46,683 bases of DNA, taken from positions 1-46,683 of the forward strand of contig JBBINP010000002.1 in assembly GCA_037443825.1 (NCBI GenBank). Reading direction: 5' to 3'. The notes under the pieces are model-generated. The model saw nothing but the letters and a program-made list of their open reading frames with translations, made no database searches and was not told where the DNA came from. The stretch is from Candidatus Moraniibacteriota bacterium (lineage in GTDB: Bacteria > Patescibacteriota > Minisyncoccia > Moranbacterales > JBBINP01). Below, piece after piece: positions 9,801-17,146 of this stretch. The translations under genes and the position numbers were made by a program. The number at the start of each line of letters is the position of its first letter. Position 1 is the stretch's first letter.

Positions 9801-10496
9801 TCCTGTGGTAATATCGTAGGCGTATTCGTAAGCGGCGGATACGCCGTTGGGGAGATTTATTTCCGAGGATCTTATTTGTTCAATTTTAAGGACGGAAAGC
9901 TTGCTTTCATCGCCCGGAAGACAAGTGAAAGTGACGGAAACATTCTTATTCAGAGGAAATTCGTATTTGACGCCCAGCATTACTTTGTCCTTGGTTTCAG
10001 CCGTGTCGCCGTCAACTTTCCAGTCATCACTGGAACCTGTTTTGATTTCAGCGTTATCGTCCAGACAAGTTTTTTTGTTTGAATCATTGTTTTCATCGGC
10101 GGACAGAGCATCGGTGTTTCCATTTGTTTCGGGCGCTGCGATATCAACCGGCGTTTCGCTTGTTGGAGCAGGATTTTCATCAGTCGCCGCGGCTGAATCG
10201 TCGCTTTTCGCCTGATCGCTGTTTGAATCGGGGGATGGAGAATCGTCGGAAGGAGTTTCATCTTTAGAAGATTTTTTCTCTTCATTATCATCGGCATCAG
10301 ATTTGGTGTCGGAATCAGAACTTTCCAGGGATTCGCTTTCGGCCGCCGTCTCATCGGCGGCAGTAGCGATGGGAAAAGTAAGCATGGCGCCGTATGAGAT
10401 CGGCACCGCGAATGTCTGGATAACCATTAAAAATATGCCAAAAGCGTGGATGCTCTTGGCGGCCAATCCATTGGTCTGTTTTTTGAGTTTGCGCAT
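3834..10496 (-). CDS. giant modular cell-surface protein (about 2,220 aa), putative adhesin and sortase substrate
   Basis: Uninterrupted 6.7-kb ORF. Signal peptide from the ATG at 10496 (MRKLKKQTNGLAAKSIHAFGIFLMVIQTFAVPISYGA); a TTG at 10529 is the alternative start. The order is an acidic S/D/P-rich linker, a beta-sandwich-like region, a 10-Cys region, three families of tandem Ig-like repeats, a DUF11-like domain and an FN3-like domain. It ends in a C-terminal TM helix plus basic tail (RTKKR). Confidence 0.85.
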   Translation of the reverse strand: MRKLKKQTNGLAAKSIHAFGIFLMVIQTFAVPISYGAMLTFPIATAADETAAESESLESSDSDTKSDADDNEEKKSSKDETPSDDSPSPDSNSDQAKSDDSAAATDENPAPTSETPVDIAAPETNGNTDALSADENNDSNKKTCLDDNAEIKTGSSDDWKVDGDTAETKDKVMLGVKYEFPLNKNVSVTFTCLPGDESKLSVLKIEQIRSSEINLPNGVSAAYEYAYDITTGMKNGDFKYDLTLPKTENINAQISYIEKSASEAIENNLLKSDLKEIENDKVKKDDDLVKIEKLDHFTIFLVVWNFPNNPDNAIADGGTPANLAKTITVVGASNLSFNTSGATTSSASANNWDNGSGIKYWQVELSSKGFNNLKLYSKQKSSDTGPKNFKVQYSLGGSSWTDVSGGNVTVLNDSFASGTVSNLTLPSEMDNKDSVYLRWIMTSDISAGGGSVGSSGTNRIDDIVIRGALTFTTPECLNDSDGANDEPEQKDLTRLCREQAFNNPLNIKWNWDIISRTGNNSADACALFDTDSIGSTGYGYADYSLCVTWKLDAQQITGSPVLYRCNNTRTDRCAGASAVSINYGSSCGVDVLSEDPFSSGDSYPYDAVAGCTIDLADVGGVSKANLLDICSYPSAQPNSDPSDCVVISAKKGNLEVVKNVSPDDPNTNWNITVTGPSSFNDALTGDDTTGIRAIDSGSGYSITETAGANTNSGDYTTAYSCIKNGSAYLSGSGTTISEISIDKSDLVICVFTNTLKTGTIVVHKDVQDPNGNPVNDTSKNFTIKLDNSDARTITDNGTVTYNNVRAGTHTISEDTPPAGYSLFSITPDIDPNAPGAQISVAAGQTTNVYVVNRQQNATITVIKDVLNPDGGEVSDDHEFTVNVGDQSGKVGEGKNEVFTVAPGIYTVSENSDPDYELVSITPDEDYQADGAQVIVGPGEQQTVNVTNKQKKARIEVSKDVVAPDGTTDVSDNHPFTIQLNEGNNESISENNPATFDVNPGLFTVSELDDQDYDEMGCKLPTGADAANFTIKSNEQFSVTCKNKQKNATINVVKDVVKSDGETQVSDDYPFLVTLNNEKKNFAEGNPAVFLVAPGTYEAVEKVEDKYTLVSNDGPKTVGSNGQATITIVNKQNPGSISGYKFGADGQTGLSGWTINLFSCPAPNFAGCKSSTSTQTDENGYYSFNNLITGFYKVKEVLQSGWTNLSSLFHNVTIEPGADSKDNNFTNFENVSVMACKVIDADGNIETLEDQAPRSGWTVNLLTDGEITDTQETTEQDGCYTWEDLGPNHSYGVSEDVPTKWSARTDATHDFGEAASGSNYAYTFINTQLGEIIVEKQTSPESEQSFEFNPSYGNNFFLTDGGTNNSGYLLPGKYSVSEVNMSDDWDLTNTNCISSLGNTESAETLNLDPGNLNLNPGETITCTFTNTQRGSIVIEKNTTGGDDTFEFSATGKNLPASFNLKTSDGMGSQTFSNVPAGSEYAVSETELVGWKLASASCDKGDIDAIEVLPGETTTCVFTNTKSGRIIVDKVTDPSENGQFFDFTVTGNGYNNFSLKDGDDPNNQELQPGTYTIFEEPVDGWDLTGIDCVSQKPDSPTERTNLCHRTKSDIHPWNAISVPVNNHVHNNHIDDFLYTGPTDKNGHPISKIGEQWCADNVPENDITNRSFISVIEEEENAVQPKTIDLSAGEIITCTFTNTFITPELLIEKSNDSVGPQAPGTTVNYTIKVKALKNKVKNVLVTDLPPNGFEFVTGSADQGFLQTPYASPGVWNLGDIAAGQTVSITYTARIGGLQSPGDYNDMAWARGSSDIGADDILANDEDPFVGTKVAVVVDAENPINVALETDTKTKTKTKTVIKQVLGAATGTETSWSILAFVLLATGLLFVYFGKNTKTKKGSYLAKIMVFFAITAGLIFAANKTLAATSALSVKIGIPESPTKNTDFKIGFVALDIDGRLVTAQCYKEGVPDAAVGTEFAPKNGGNSGNCVIDSSVMPTDGVYKFFVKIQSGIDEINSDLAIVELKTGLPGTPLNYDRDNINNCEKKISFRTANDGVTAVVELYRSTETDFTADNSTRVADLAIGPGQDGNFTDIVPDCNEDYFYAIRAFDALGNGSEVVGDIKEKTRTRTRTKTVINTVPGAIIPAATTGGETAAGGETTGEVSGETANEQQKEAEKAETEILGEETAAAEKSFFRKTLSWIIFLVVLGTLFYAYYRTKKRTSGVA
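4797..4964 (-). other. internal sorting-signal-like cassette followed by a second signal-peptide-like helix (aa 1856-1925)
   Basis: KTKTKTKTVIKQVLGAATGTE, then the hydrophobic helix SWSILAFVLLATGLLFVYF, then the basic stretch GKNTKTKKG. An in-frame ATG follows at 4796 (MVFFAITAGLIFAANKTLAATSA). Confidence 0.6.
5400..6512 (-). repeat. three tandem repeats bounded by (I/V)(V/I).(E/D)K.T ... TC.FTNT (aa 1340-1710); the third carries an insert of about 90 aa
   Basis: GEIIVEKQT...TCTFTNTQRG / SIVIEKNT...TCVFTNTKSG / RIIVDKVT...[insert]...TCTFTNTF. Each has a W(D/K)L...C element. Confidence 0.75.
6513..7100 (-). repeat. two Cna-B / SdrD-B-like (prealbumin-fold) domains inside the giant ORF (aa 1144-1339)
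   Basis: GSISGYKFGADGQTGLSGWTINLF...DENGYYSFNNLITGFYKVKEVLQSGWT, with a second copy ...SGWTVNLLTDG...DGCYTWEDLGPNHSYGVSEDVPTKWS. This is the typical G.K...D....L.GW...L....G.Y.F..L..G.Y.V.E pattern, from recall. Confidence 0.65.
7101..8225 (-). repeat. four tandem domain repeats of about 95 aa inside the giant ORF (aa 769-1143)
   Basis: The repeats begin GTIVVHKDV, ATITVIKDV, ARIEVSKDV and ATINVVKDV. Each contains P(D/N)G...VSD..(F)T(V/I) and ends V.N(K/R)Q. They are diverged at the DNA level. Confidence 0.8.
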
Positions 10497-10644
10497 TTTT
10501 TTAAAAAGTTTTAAGAAATTAAAAACCAACTTATGCGCGGCTATCCTAAAATAGCCAACATGAGCTGGTTTTCTGATAATAAATTATTTCTTTTTAGATA
10601 AAGAGTGTTCATATTCACCCGTATTTTTTGGTTTATTTTTATTT

Positions 10645-10700
10645 ACAAAAACAAAACCGACCGAAATTAACAAGTTGAAAAACTTATTAATTCAGGCCGG
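10645..10700 (-). terminator. rho-independent terminator in the leader of the giant gene
   Basis: Minus-strand RNA: CCGGCCUGAAUUAAUAAGUU-UUUC-AACUUGUUAAUUUCGGUCGG, followed by UUUUGUUUUUGU. The 20-position stem has 16 Watson-Crick pairs, 3 G-U pairs and 1 mismatch. On the plus strand the G-U positions become A-C mismatches, which supports minus-strand function. Confidence 0.7.
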
Positions 10701-10805
10701 TTTCGCTATTCTACTCCCCGTGTCTCGCTGGCGACCATCACTTATCCTCGCTCTTATGAGGATTCTGGACACGGATCAGCGCTTTCCTGAAACTCTATTT
10801 CATTT
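10701..10805 (-). ncRNA. unclassified structured RNA (candidate riboswitch aptamer/leader or sRNA) between the promoter and the terminator
   Basis: A local GC island (about 50-55%) lies inside roughly 25% GC intergenic DNA. Nested helices are CCGUGUC/GACACGG (10774-10768 with 10724-10718) and AUCCUC/GAGGAU. The 5' UUCAGG can pair with CCUGAA in the terminator 5' arm. No ORF is present. Confidence 0.5.
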
Positions 10806-10811
10806 TATAAT

Positions 10812-10840
10812 ATATTAACGCCATCTGAATATTTTGTCAA
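10812..10840 (-). promoter_or_regulatory. sigma-70-type promoter for the leader RNA and giant gene
   Basis: Minus strand reads TTGACA (10840-10835), a 17-nt spacer (AAATATTCAGATGGCGT), then TAATAT (10817-10812). Confidence 0.65.
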
Positions 10841-11102
10841 GAAAATTCAGGATTTTTTTGGCTTGACAAAAGCAAAGTTCGTGTTTTAATTTTTTAAACG
10901 ATACAGGAAAATTAATCAAATGAATGAAAATGAATTAGAATGGTTGACTTTCGTAAACCGACAACTTTCTTAGATAATCACAGATTTCTTTTTTGCAATT
11001 TGACTAATACTACTCATTTTCTGTTTTTATTATTTCAATATTAAAGTAAAAACTCCTAAATAAAAGTTGATTTTTGTGAAAAAACGCGTTAAAATTAACA
11101 GT

Positions 11103-11651
11103 ATGCGAACGAGAAAAATTTTTATTGGCATAAATTTGCCCGATCAGGTCAAAAAGCGCCTTTTTGAAAAAATTGAAAAATGGCGCGATTTGCCTGTTCG
11201 TTGGAGCGAGGAAAAAAATCTTCATATCACCGTTTTTTTTGTCGGTTACGTAAACGATGAAATAATAGCGGATATTTGCCGAAAAGTCGGCGAAGCGGTG
11301 GAAAACATTGAAGCTTTTGACGTTATTCTTGAAAAAATTGTTTTGTCTCCCGACGCAAAAAGGCCAAAGATGATTTTGGCGGAGGGCGGGAGCAGTGAAG
11401 AATTAAAAAAATTGGAAAGTAAAATTGCCCAAAAAATAGGCGTATTTTTGGTAGAACGGAAAATTTTCCGGCCGCACGTTACGTTAGGCAGGACGCGTCC
11501 GGAAAAATGGGCGAAATTTTCAGAAAAACCCATGGTCATTGATGAAAAATTTTCCGCGTCCATTCCCGTTGAGAGCGTTGATGTTTTTGAAAGCCGCGCG
11601 AACAAAGGAAGGCGTGAATACGTGATTTTGGAAAAATGTTCGCTAAAATAA
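11103..11651 (+). CDS. thpR: RNA 2',3'-cyclic phosphodiesterase / 2'-5' RNA ligase (2H phosphoesterase)
   Basis: Two H-x-T/S-x motifs: LHITVFF and RPHVTLGR. Size is about 180 aa. The ATG at 11103 is preferred to the upstream TTG at 11067. Confidence 0.8.
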   Translation: MRTRKIFIGINLPDQVKKRLFEKIEKWRDLPVRWSEEKNLHITVFFVGYVNDEIIADICRKVGEAVENIEAFDVILEKIVLSPDAKRPKMILAEGGSSEELKKLESKIAQKIGVFLVERKIFRPHVTLGRTRPEKWAKFSEKPMVIDEKFSASIPVESVDVFESRANKGRREYVILEKCSLK

Positions 11652-11686
11652 GCACAACAAACAACAGGCAATAAACAGGAAACAAA

Positions 11687-12394
11687 ATGAGGATACTGGA
11701 AGTAAAAATTGATAATTTGACGCGTCCGGAAATTATTGAAAAAATAAATATTTTTTTAACCGAAGGAGGGTTTCATCAAGTAGCGACTGTTAATCCGGAA
11801 TTCATTCTGATGGCGCAAAAAGATGAAGGTTTTAAAAATATCCTCAATCAGTGCGATTTGAACGTGGCTGACGGCACAGGCATAAAATTCGCCTTTTGGC
11901 GATTTGGAAAAAAACTAAAAACACGTTTTGCTGGAGCGGATCTGATGATGGAAATTTTGCGTCTGGCAAATGAAAAAAAATTAAGCGTATTTTTGGCGGC
12001 GAATGACGCCGGGTTAAGCAAATGGGAGGAAACCCGCGATGCCATTGTGAAAATATATCCGGAAATTAAAATTAACGGGGAAAATTTAAACAAAAAATCG
12101 GCCGATTACCCGGCGATCAATAAGCAACGGACCGTTGTTTTTTGCAATTTCGGCGCGCCTTTTCAGGAAAAATTCCTCCATTCGCTAAAAGCGGGGGATT
12201 GTGGTAAAATAAAATTGGCCATGGGGGTTGGCGGTTCTTTTGATTTTTTGACCGGAAAATTGCGCCGCGCGCCTGTTTGGATGCGAAAAATCGGCATGGA
12301 ATGGCTTTTCCGACTCATTCAGCAACCATCCAGATTTCGCCGTATTTTTAAAGCGGTTGCCGTTTTTCCTGTCAAAATAATTTTAAAAAAATAA
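11687..12394 (+). CDS. WecB/TagA/CpsF-family (GT26) glycosyltransferase
   Basis: VATVNPEFILMAQKD, LNVADGTGIKFA, FGAPFQEKFL and the C-terminal PVWMRKIGMEWLFRLIQQPSRFRRI are characteristic of TagA/WecG-type enzymes. Confidence 0.8.
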   Translation: MRILEVKIDNLTRPEIIEKINIFLTEGGFHQVATVNPEFILMAQKDEGFKNILNQCDLNVADGTGIKFAFWRFGKKLKTRFAGADLMMEILRLANEKKLSVFLAANDAGLSKWEETRDAIVKIYPEIKINGENLNKKSADYPAINKQRTVVFCNFGAPFQEKFLHSLKAGDCGKIKLAMGVGGSFDFLTGKLRRAPVWMRKIGMEWLFRLIQQPSRFRRIFKAVAVFPVKIILKK

Positions 12395-12471
12395 ACTTGT
12401 GATTCTGTGCATTGCCAATAATCTTTTTTTTAGAGCCATTTTATTTTGGACATGAATTTCATATTTTTACA

Positions 12472-13950
12472 ATGAACAAAATAAGAACCAGATTCGCTCC
12501 ATCGCCAACGGGCTATATGCATGTCGGTAATTTTCGTACGGCCATGTATGCTTATTTTTTCGCCCAAAAAAACAACGGTGATTTTATATTGAGAATAGAA
12601 GACACGGATCAGAAAAGATACGTACGAGACGCGCTGGAAAAGCTGATTGATATTTTAAAATGGTCCGGCTTTGATTATTCGGAGGGTGTTTACGTTGAAA
12701 AGGGAAAAATCACGCAAAAAGGCCAGTATGGGCCATATATCCAGTCCGAAAGACTTGATATTTACATAAAATACGCCGGCGAATTGATCAAAAATAAAAA
12801 AGCTTATTATTGCTTTTGCGCGCCCGAGCGGCTGGAAAAAATGCGTTCGCGGCAAATCGCCGAAAAAAAAGCGCCGATGTACGACGGATATTGTCTAAAA
12901 TTATCGGAAAAAGAAATCAAGCAAAAACTGGAAAGCGGAGAAAAGTATGTTGTCAGACAAAAAATAAGCGCGGATGGATTTACGGAATTCAACGATATGG
13001 TGAGAGGAATGCTGAAATTTGAAAACAAGCTGCTTGATGACCAGATTCTCATCAAATCAGACGGTTATCCAACTTATAATTTTGCCAATGTCGTTGATGA
13101 TTATCTGATGGAAATATCGCATGTTATCCGCGGAGAAGAATTTTTGTCAAGCACTCCGAAATTTATCCAGCTTTATGATAATTTTGGCTGGAAAAAGCCA
13201 CAATTCGCGCATTTACCGCTTATTCTCAATCCCGACCGGACAAAACTTTCCAAACGCCAGGGCGATGTGTCCGTTGAAGATTATGTTGATAAGGGTTATC
13301 TCAAGGAAGCCATCATTAACTTTATAGCGTTTTTGGGCTGGAATCCGGGAAAGGGGAGTGAAAAAGAAATTTTTTCCATAGAGGAATTAATAAAAGAATT
13401 TGATTTAAAAAACGTCAACAAAGCCGGCGCGGTTTTTGATTTAAAAAAACTGGATTGGATGAACGCGCAATACATCAAAAAATTGTCTATCGGCAGGTTA
13501 TATGAATTGTCCAAAAATTTTTTTGAACGGAAAGAATTCTATCAAAGCGCGAGCGAAGAAAAAAAGTCTGAAAATTACTTAAAAAAAGTCCTGGAAATTG
13601 AACGTGAACGGCTGACGAAATTGTCCGAAGCGGGGGAGAGCAACAAGTTTTTTTTCAAAGACATTCAGTATGACAAAAACTTGTTGCGTTGGAAAAATAT
13701 GACGGACGAAGAAATAAAAAACAATTTAAAAAAAGCAGTGAATATTCTGGAAAGCATATCCGAAGAAAACTGGAATCGGAAAAATCTGGAAAAAACGCTT
13801 TTGGAGGCAGCCGGCGAAAAAAAAGGCGAATTTTTATGGCCTTTGCGCGTGGCGCTGACTGGCGAACAAAAATCGCCACCGCCGTTTGAAGTGGCTTGGG
13901 TTTTGGGCAAAAAAGAAAGTTTGCGCAGAATTAGTAGGCATTTAACCTGA
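12472..13950 (+). CDS. gltX: glutamate--tRNA ligase
   Basis: RTRFAPSPTGYMHVGNFRTA (HIGH-type) and KLSKRQG (KMSKS-type), with a typical GluRS C-terminal anticodon-binding region. The ATG at 12472 is preferred. Confidence 0.92.
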   Translation: MNKIRTRFAPSPTGYMHVGNFRTAMYAYFFAQKNNGDFILRIEDTDQKRYVRDALEKLIDILKWSGFDYSEGVYVEKGKITQKGQYGPYIQSERLDIYIKYAGELIKNKKAYYCFCAPERLEKMRSRQIAEKKAPMYDGYCLKLSEKEIKQKLESGEKYVVRQKISADGFTEFNDMVRGMLKFENKLLDDQILIKSDGYPTYNFANVVDDYLMEISHVIRGEEFLSSTPKFIQLYDNFGWKKPQFAHLPLILNPDRTKLSKRQGDVSVEDYVDKGYLKEAIINFIAFLGWNPGKGSEKEIFSIEELIKEFDLKNVNKAGAVFDLKKLDWMNAQYIKKLSIGRLYELSKNFFERKEFYQSASEEKKSENYLKKVLEIERERLTKLSEAGESNKFFFKDIQYDKNLLRWKNMTDEEIKNNLKKAVNILESISEENWNRKNLEKTLLEAAGEKKGEFLWPLRVALTGEQKSPPPFEVAWVLGKKESLRRISRHLT

Positions 13951-13977
13951 CAGAAATCAAAAAAATAAAACGGCGAT

Positions 13978-15309
13978 ATGAAAAATAATTTTCTCTTAAT
14001 AAAAACCAAAATTCAAACAAAAAATCAGTGTGTGCGCGTTTTTTTGACAACGATGCTTTTTTTAGCGCTGTTTTCATTTTCAAAAGGCGTCGTCGGGGCG
14101 GAAATTTTTGATTGCGGGGATTATTTGAAAAGCGGCCAGTCGCCAATTGTTGATTGCGGACGATTGAGCGGAAAAGACAAGGATGAATGCGAAATAAAAG
14201 ACAGAAAAAGAAAATTATATTGCAACCTGATAGAAATCAAGAGCAAGCAGGCAAATACTTTGCAAAATCAACTTTCCGTGGTTGACAAAGAAATTAATAA
14301 ATTAGACACAGAAATTGTTTCCAAAAAAAATGAAATCAATGATTTTAACGACCATGTAATACGATTATCCGCCCAGGTTTCAGAAAAAGAAAAGATAATT
14401 GAAGATCAAAAGAAAATACTTTCAAAGATTTTGCAATCATATTATGAACACGCCAATCAGGACGCGCTTCTCGCTCTTTTCAGCAATTATTCTCTCGCTT
14501 CTTTGTTTATCAAAGAAGATCGCGTCCAGCAATTGGGAGAGAAAGTGAGTCAACTATTGGAAAGCGTTCAGTTAACCAAGGAAAATTTTGAAAATGAAAA
14601 AAAAATACTAGAAGAAAGAAAGAGCAATGTGATTGATTTGCTCAATCAATTACAGGAAAAGAATTCGCAAATTGAAAGCCATCGCCAGCAAAAGCAGTCA
14701 ATATTAAGCAAAACAAAAGGAGAAGAAGCGATATACAAAAATCGTCTGGAAAAAATTGAAGAAGAACGCCGACAGATTGAGGAAGAAATTGAGATGATTG
14801 AGTTGCATAAAATCGGCCAGATTGATTATTCCAAACTTCCGCCGATTAAAAAAGGTTATTTCACTTATCCCGTCAATCCGGCGGATATCACCCAAGGTTA
14901 CGGAAAGACAAGTTTTGCCAAAACATCAGGATTTTACAAAAATAATTTCCACAACGGAGTGGATTTCGGCATTAAAACAGGAAACAATATTTTCGCGGCA
15001 AGAAGCGGAAAAGTTATCGCGACGGGGGATAACAAAAAATACGCTTATGGCAAATGGATGGCCGTTGAACATGGAGATGGATTGACGACTCTTTACGGAC
15101 ATTTAAGCGGTTACGCGGTTTCTAAAGGCGCTTCCGTCAAAGAAGGACAAAAAATCGCATATTCAGGCAATACCGGATTTTCCACCGGTCCGCATTTGCA
15201 TTTTTCGGTTTTTTCTTCCGCGACTTTTGATATTATTGAATCAAAAAATGTCAAAGGGATTATGATACCGACAGGCGCAAGTCTGAATCCTATGAGATAT
15301 CTGAAATAA
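13978..15309 (+). CDS. M23-family metallopeptidase with an N-terminal coiled coil (EnvC-like murein endopeptidase)
   Basis: Signal/TM segment, then a coiled coil of about 250 aa, then the HNGVDFG (HxxxD) and GPHLHFSVF (HxH) motifs. Confidence 0.85.
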   Translation: MKNNFLLIKTKIQTKNQCVRVFLTTMLFLALFSFSKGVVGAEIFDCGDYLKSGQSPIVDCGRLSGKDKDECEIKDRKRKLYCNLIEIKSKQANTLQNQLSVVDKEINKLDTEIVSKKNEINDFNDHVIRLSAQVSEKEKIIEDQKKILSKILQSYYEHANQDALLALFSNYSLASLFIKEDRVQQLGEKVSQLLESVQLTKENFENEKKILEERKSNVIDLLNQLQEKNSQIESHRQQKQSILSKTKGEEAIYKNRLEKIEEERRQIEEEIEMIELHKIGQIDYSKLPPIKKGYFTYPVNPADITQGYGKTSFAKTSGFYKNNFHNGVDFGIKTGNNIFAARSGKVIATGDNKKYAYGKWMAVEHGDGLTTLYGHLSGYAVSKGASVKEGQKIAYSGNTGFSTGPHLHFSVFSSATFDIIESKNVKGIMIPTGASLNPMRYLK

Positions 15310-15420
15310 AAAACGCGATATAGTGTCGTATAATATACATTGTGCGACATAGTATACAGAGGCAAATTTGCCATCAAAAACTAATATAACCATGATCCTC
15401 CCGCATAAAATGCGCTTTAG

Positions 15421-15831
15421 CTAAAAATTTTTATTGTTTAGTTTTTTTGATTTCTTTTTTCTGTATGCTTCTATCGCCTTGCGCAATCCTTTGTCGGCCA
15501 AAACACTGCAATGAATTTTAGATTTTGGAAGTTCTCCCAGTTCTTTGATAATATCATTGCACGTAATTTCCATCATTTCACTCAAAGTTTTTCCTTTCGC
15601 CAATTCAGTCGCTACGGAAGAAGTGGCAATAGCCACTCCGCAACCCAAAGTTTCAAATTTTGCTTCCTTAATGGTTTCTTCGCCCTGTTTGTTTTTGCCG
15701 ACCTTTATGTAAAATTTCATCAGGTCGCCGCACTTTGGATTGCCGATTATGACGACAGCGTCGGGATTTTTTATTGTTCCCTGATTGCGCGGGCGCAAAA
15801 AATGATCCAGAACTTTTTTTGAATATCGCAT
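15421..15831 (-). CDS. iscU: Fe-S cluster assembly scaffold (IscU/NifU N-terminal type)
   Basis: Three conserved Cys contexts are present: GNPKCGDLM, LGCGVAIATSS and IHCSVLA. Confidence 0.88.
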   Translation of the reverse strand: MRYSKKVLDHFLRPRNQGTIKNPDAVVIIGNPKCGDLMKFYIKVGKNKQGEETIKEAKFETLGCGVAIATSSVATELAKGKTLSEMMEITCNDIIKELGELPKSKIHCSVLADKGLRKAIEAYRKKKSKKLNNKNF

Positions 15832-15846
15832 AAATAAAAATGTTGT

Positions 15847-17115
15847 TTAAAATTCCTCCAAAACACTGCCTGAAATTTTTCTCAGTCTTTTTACGGTTTC
15901 TTTGATTTTATCAACAGCCATGTCTATTTCTTTTCGGGTCGTGTTTTTTCCCAAAGTCAGACGCAGGCTCCCATGCGCTTGTTCGGGCTTGAGTCCGATC
16001 GCTAAAAGCACATGCGATGGATCTAGAGCGCCCGAAGAACAAGCCGATCCGGTGGAAACGGCGATTCCCTCCATATCAAGTGATAATACCAAACCCTCCC
16101 CTTCCACATTGTCAAAACGAAAGTTGGCGTTATTAGGCGAACGATTTTCTTTTGATCCGTTGAGATGCGACTTTGGAATTTCCGTTAAAATTCTTTTGAT
16201 CAGATGATTTCTCAAATCCAATATTTTTTTGCTCCCGCCTTTTGAATTTTGCGTTCTGATTTGTTCAACGGCTTTTCCCAACCCGACAATACCCGGCACA
16301 TTATGCGTGCCGGCGCGCAGTTTGTATTCCTGATCTCCCCCATCTTGTATTCTCTTGATAGGTGTATTCTTGCGGACATAAAGCGCGCCCACTCCCTTGG
16401 GTCCGTAAATTTTATGCGCCGACACGGATAATAAATCAATTCCCAGTTTTTCCGCGTCGCAATCAAAATAATTCGCGGCTTGCGTGGCGTCCGTGTGGAA
16501 CAGTGGATATAATTCTCCCTCTTCCTTTTTTTCTTTTTTCTTTTCTCGTATTAATTTTCCGATTTCTTTGATTGGCTGGACAGTTCCTATTTCATTATTG
16601 ACATACATTATTGAAATCAAAATAGTTTCGGGGCGAATGGCTTTTTTAACATCCTGGATTTTTATTATTCCTTTCTTGTAAACCGGCAAATAAGTTACAT
16701 CGGCCATTCCTTCTTTTTCCAAAGTTTTGCAGGTATCCAAAACGCAATGATGTTCAAAAGAACTGGTGATAATATGCGGCCTGATTTTTGTTTTGTTGAA
16801 TGGTAATTGAGGCATTATTGCTTTTTTAGCGCCCTTAAGAGAATAGAATTTTGAATAATACGAGCGCAAAACGCCTTTGATGGCCAGATTATTGCTTTCA
16901 GTGGCGCCGCTGGTAAAAATAACTTCGGAAAGTTCGCAATTAAAAAAAACAGCTAATTGTTCGCGGGCTTTGTCTTTTGCTTCCAGCGCCTCCTGTCCAA
17001 AAGAATGAATGGACATGGCATTTCCAAATTTGCCGGAAAAGTACGGAAGCATGGCTTTCAGGACGTTTTTGTCCACCGGAGTGGTTGCGGCATGATCCAA
17101 ATAAATCTTTTTCAT
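15847..17115 (-). CDS. iscS: cysteine desulfurase (IscS/NifS class)
   Basis: IYLDHAATTP, the PLP lysine in SAHKIYGPKGVGALYVR, and the catalytic Cys loop STGSACSSG. Two Lys-rich insertions are present. Confidence 0.9.
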   Translation of the reverse strand: MKKIYLDHAATTPVDKNVLKAMLPYFSGKFGNAMSIHSFGQEALEAKDKAREQLAVFFNCELSEVIFTSGATESNNLAIKGVLRSYYSKFYSLKGAKKAIMPQLPFNKTKIRPHIITSSFEHHCVLDTCKTLEKEGMADVTYLPVYKKGIIKIQDVKKAIRPETILISIMYVNNEIGTVQPIKEIGKLIREKKKEKKEEGELYPLFHTDATQAANYFDCDAEKLGIDLLSVSAHKIYGPKGVGALYVRKNTPIKRIQDGGDQEYKLRAGTHNVPGIVGLGKAVEQIRTQNSKGGSKKILDLRNHLIKRILTEIPKSHLNGSKENRSPNNANFRFDNVEGEGLVLSLDMEGIAVSTGSACSSGALDPSHVLLAIGLKPEQAHGSLRLTLGKNTTRKEIDMAVDKIKETVKRLRKISGSVLEEF

Positions 17116-17146
17116 AAAAAATAATTTTAATGAATTTTTGCTGAAC

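Noticed and set aside
3747-10554. Many plus-strand ORFs of 60-180 aa, and minus-strand off-frame ORFs, overlap the giant gene (e.g. 3747-4292, 5914-6447, 8890-9324, 9847-10215, 3908-4357).
   Set aside because: They are shadow frames of a 6.7-kb coding region with clear domain content. Their translations are low-complexity and lack motifs, starts with SD, or independent signals.
10701-10805. I considered whether the GC-rich intergenic element is SRP (4.5S) RNA, tmRNA, 6S RNA or a known riboswitch (c-di-GMP-I/II, ykkC, ZTP, THF, fluoride, yybP-ykoY).
   Set aside because: The hallmark sequences I can recall are absent or out of context. These include the SRP GGAA tetraloop with AGCA loop, ACGCAAAGC of GEMM-I, CCGCCUGGGC of ZTP, and the 5' placement of GGGGAGUAG in yybP. 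It is reported as unclassified, and a covariance-model search is still needed.
15361-15372. The palindrome GGCAAATTTGCC and nearby short hairpins between the convergent M23 peptidase and iscU genes were considered as terminators.
   Set aside because: The stems are only 4-5 bp and have no convincing U-tracts. This is not strong enough to call.
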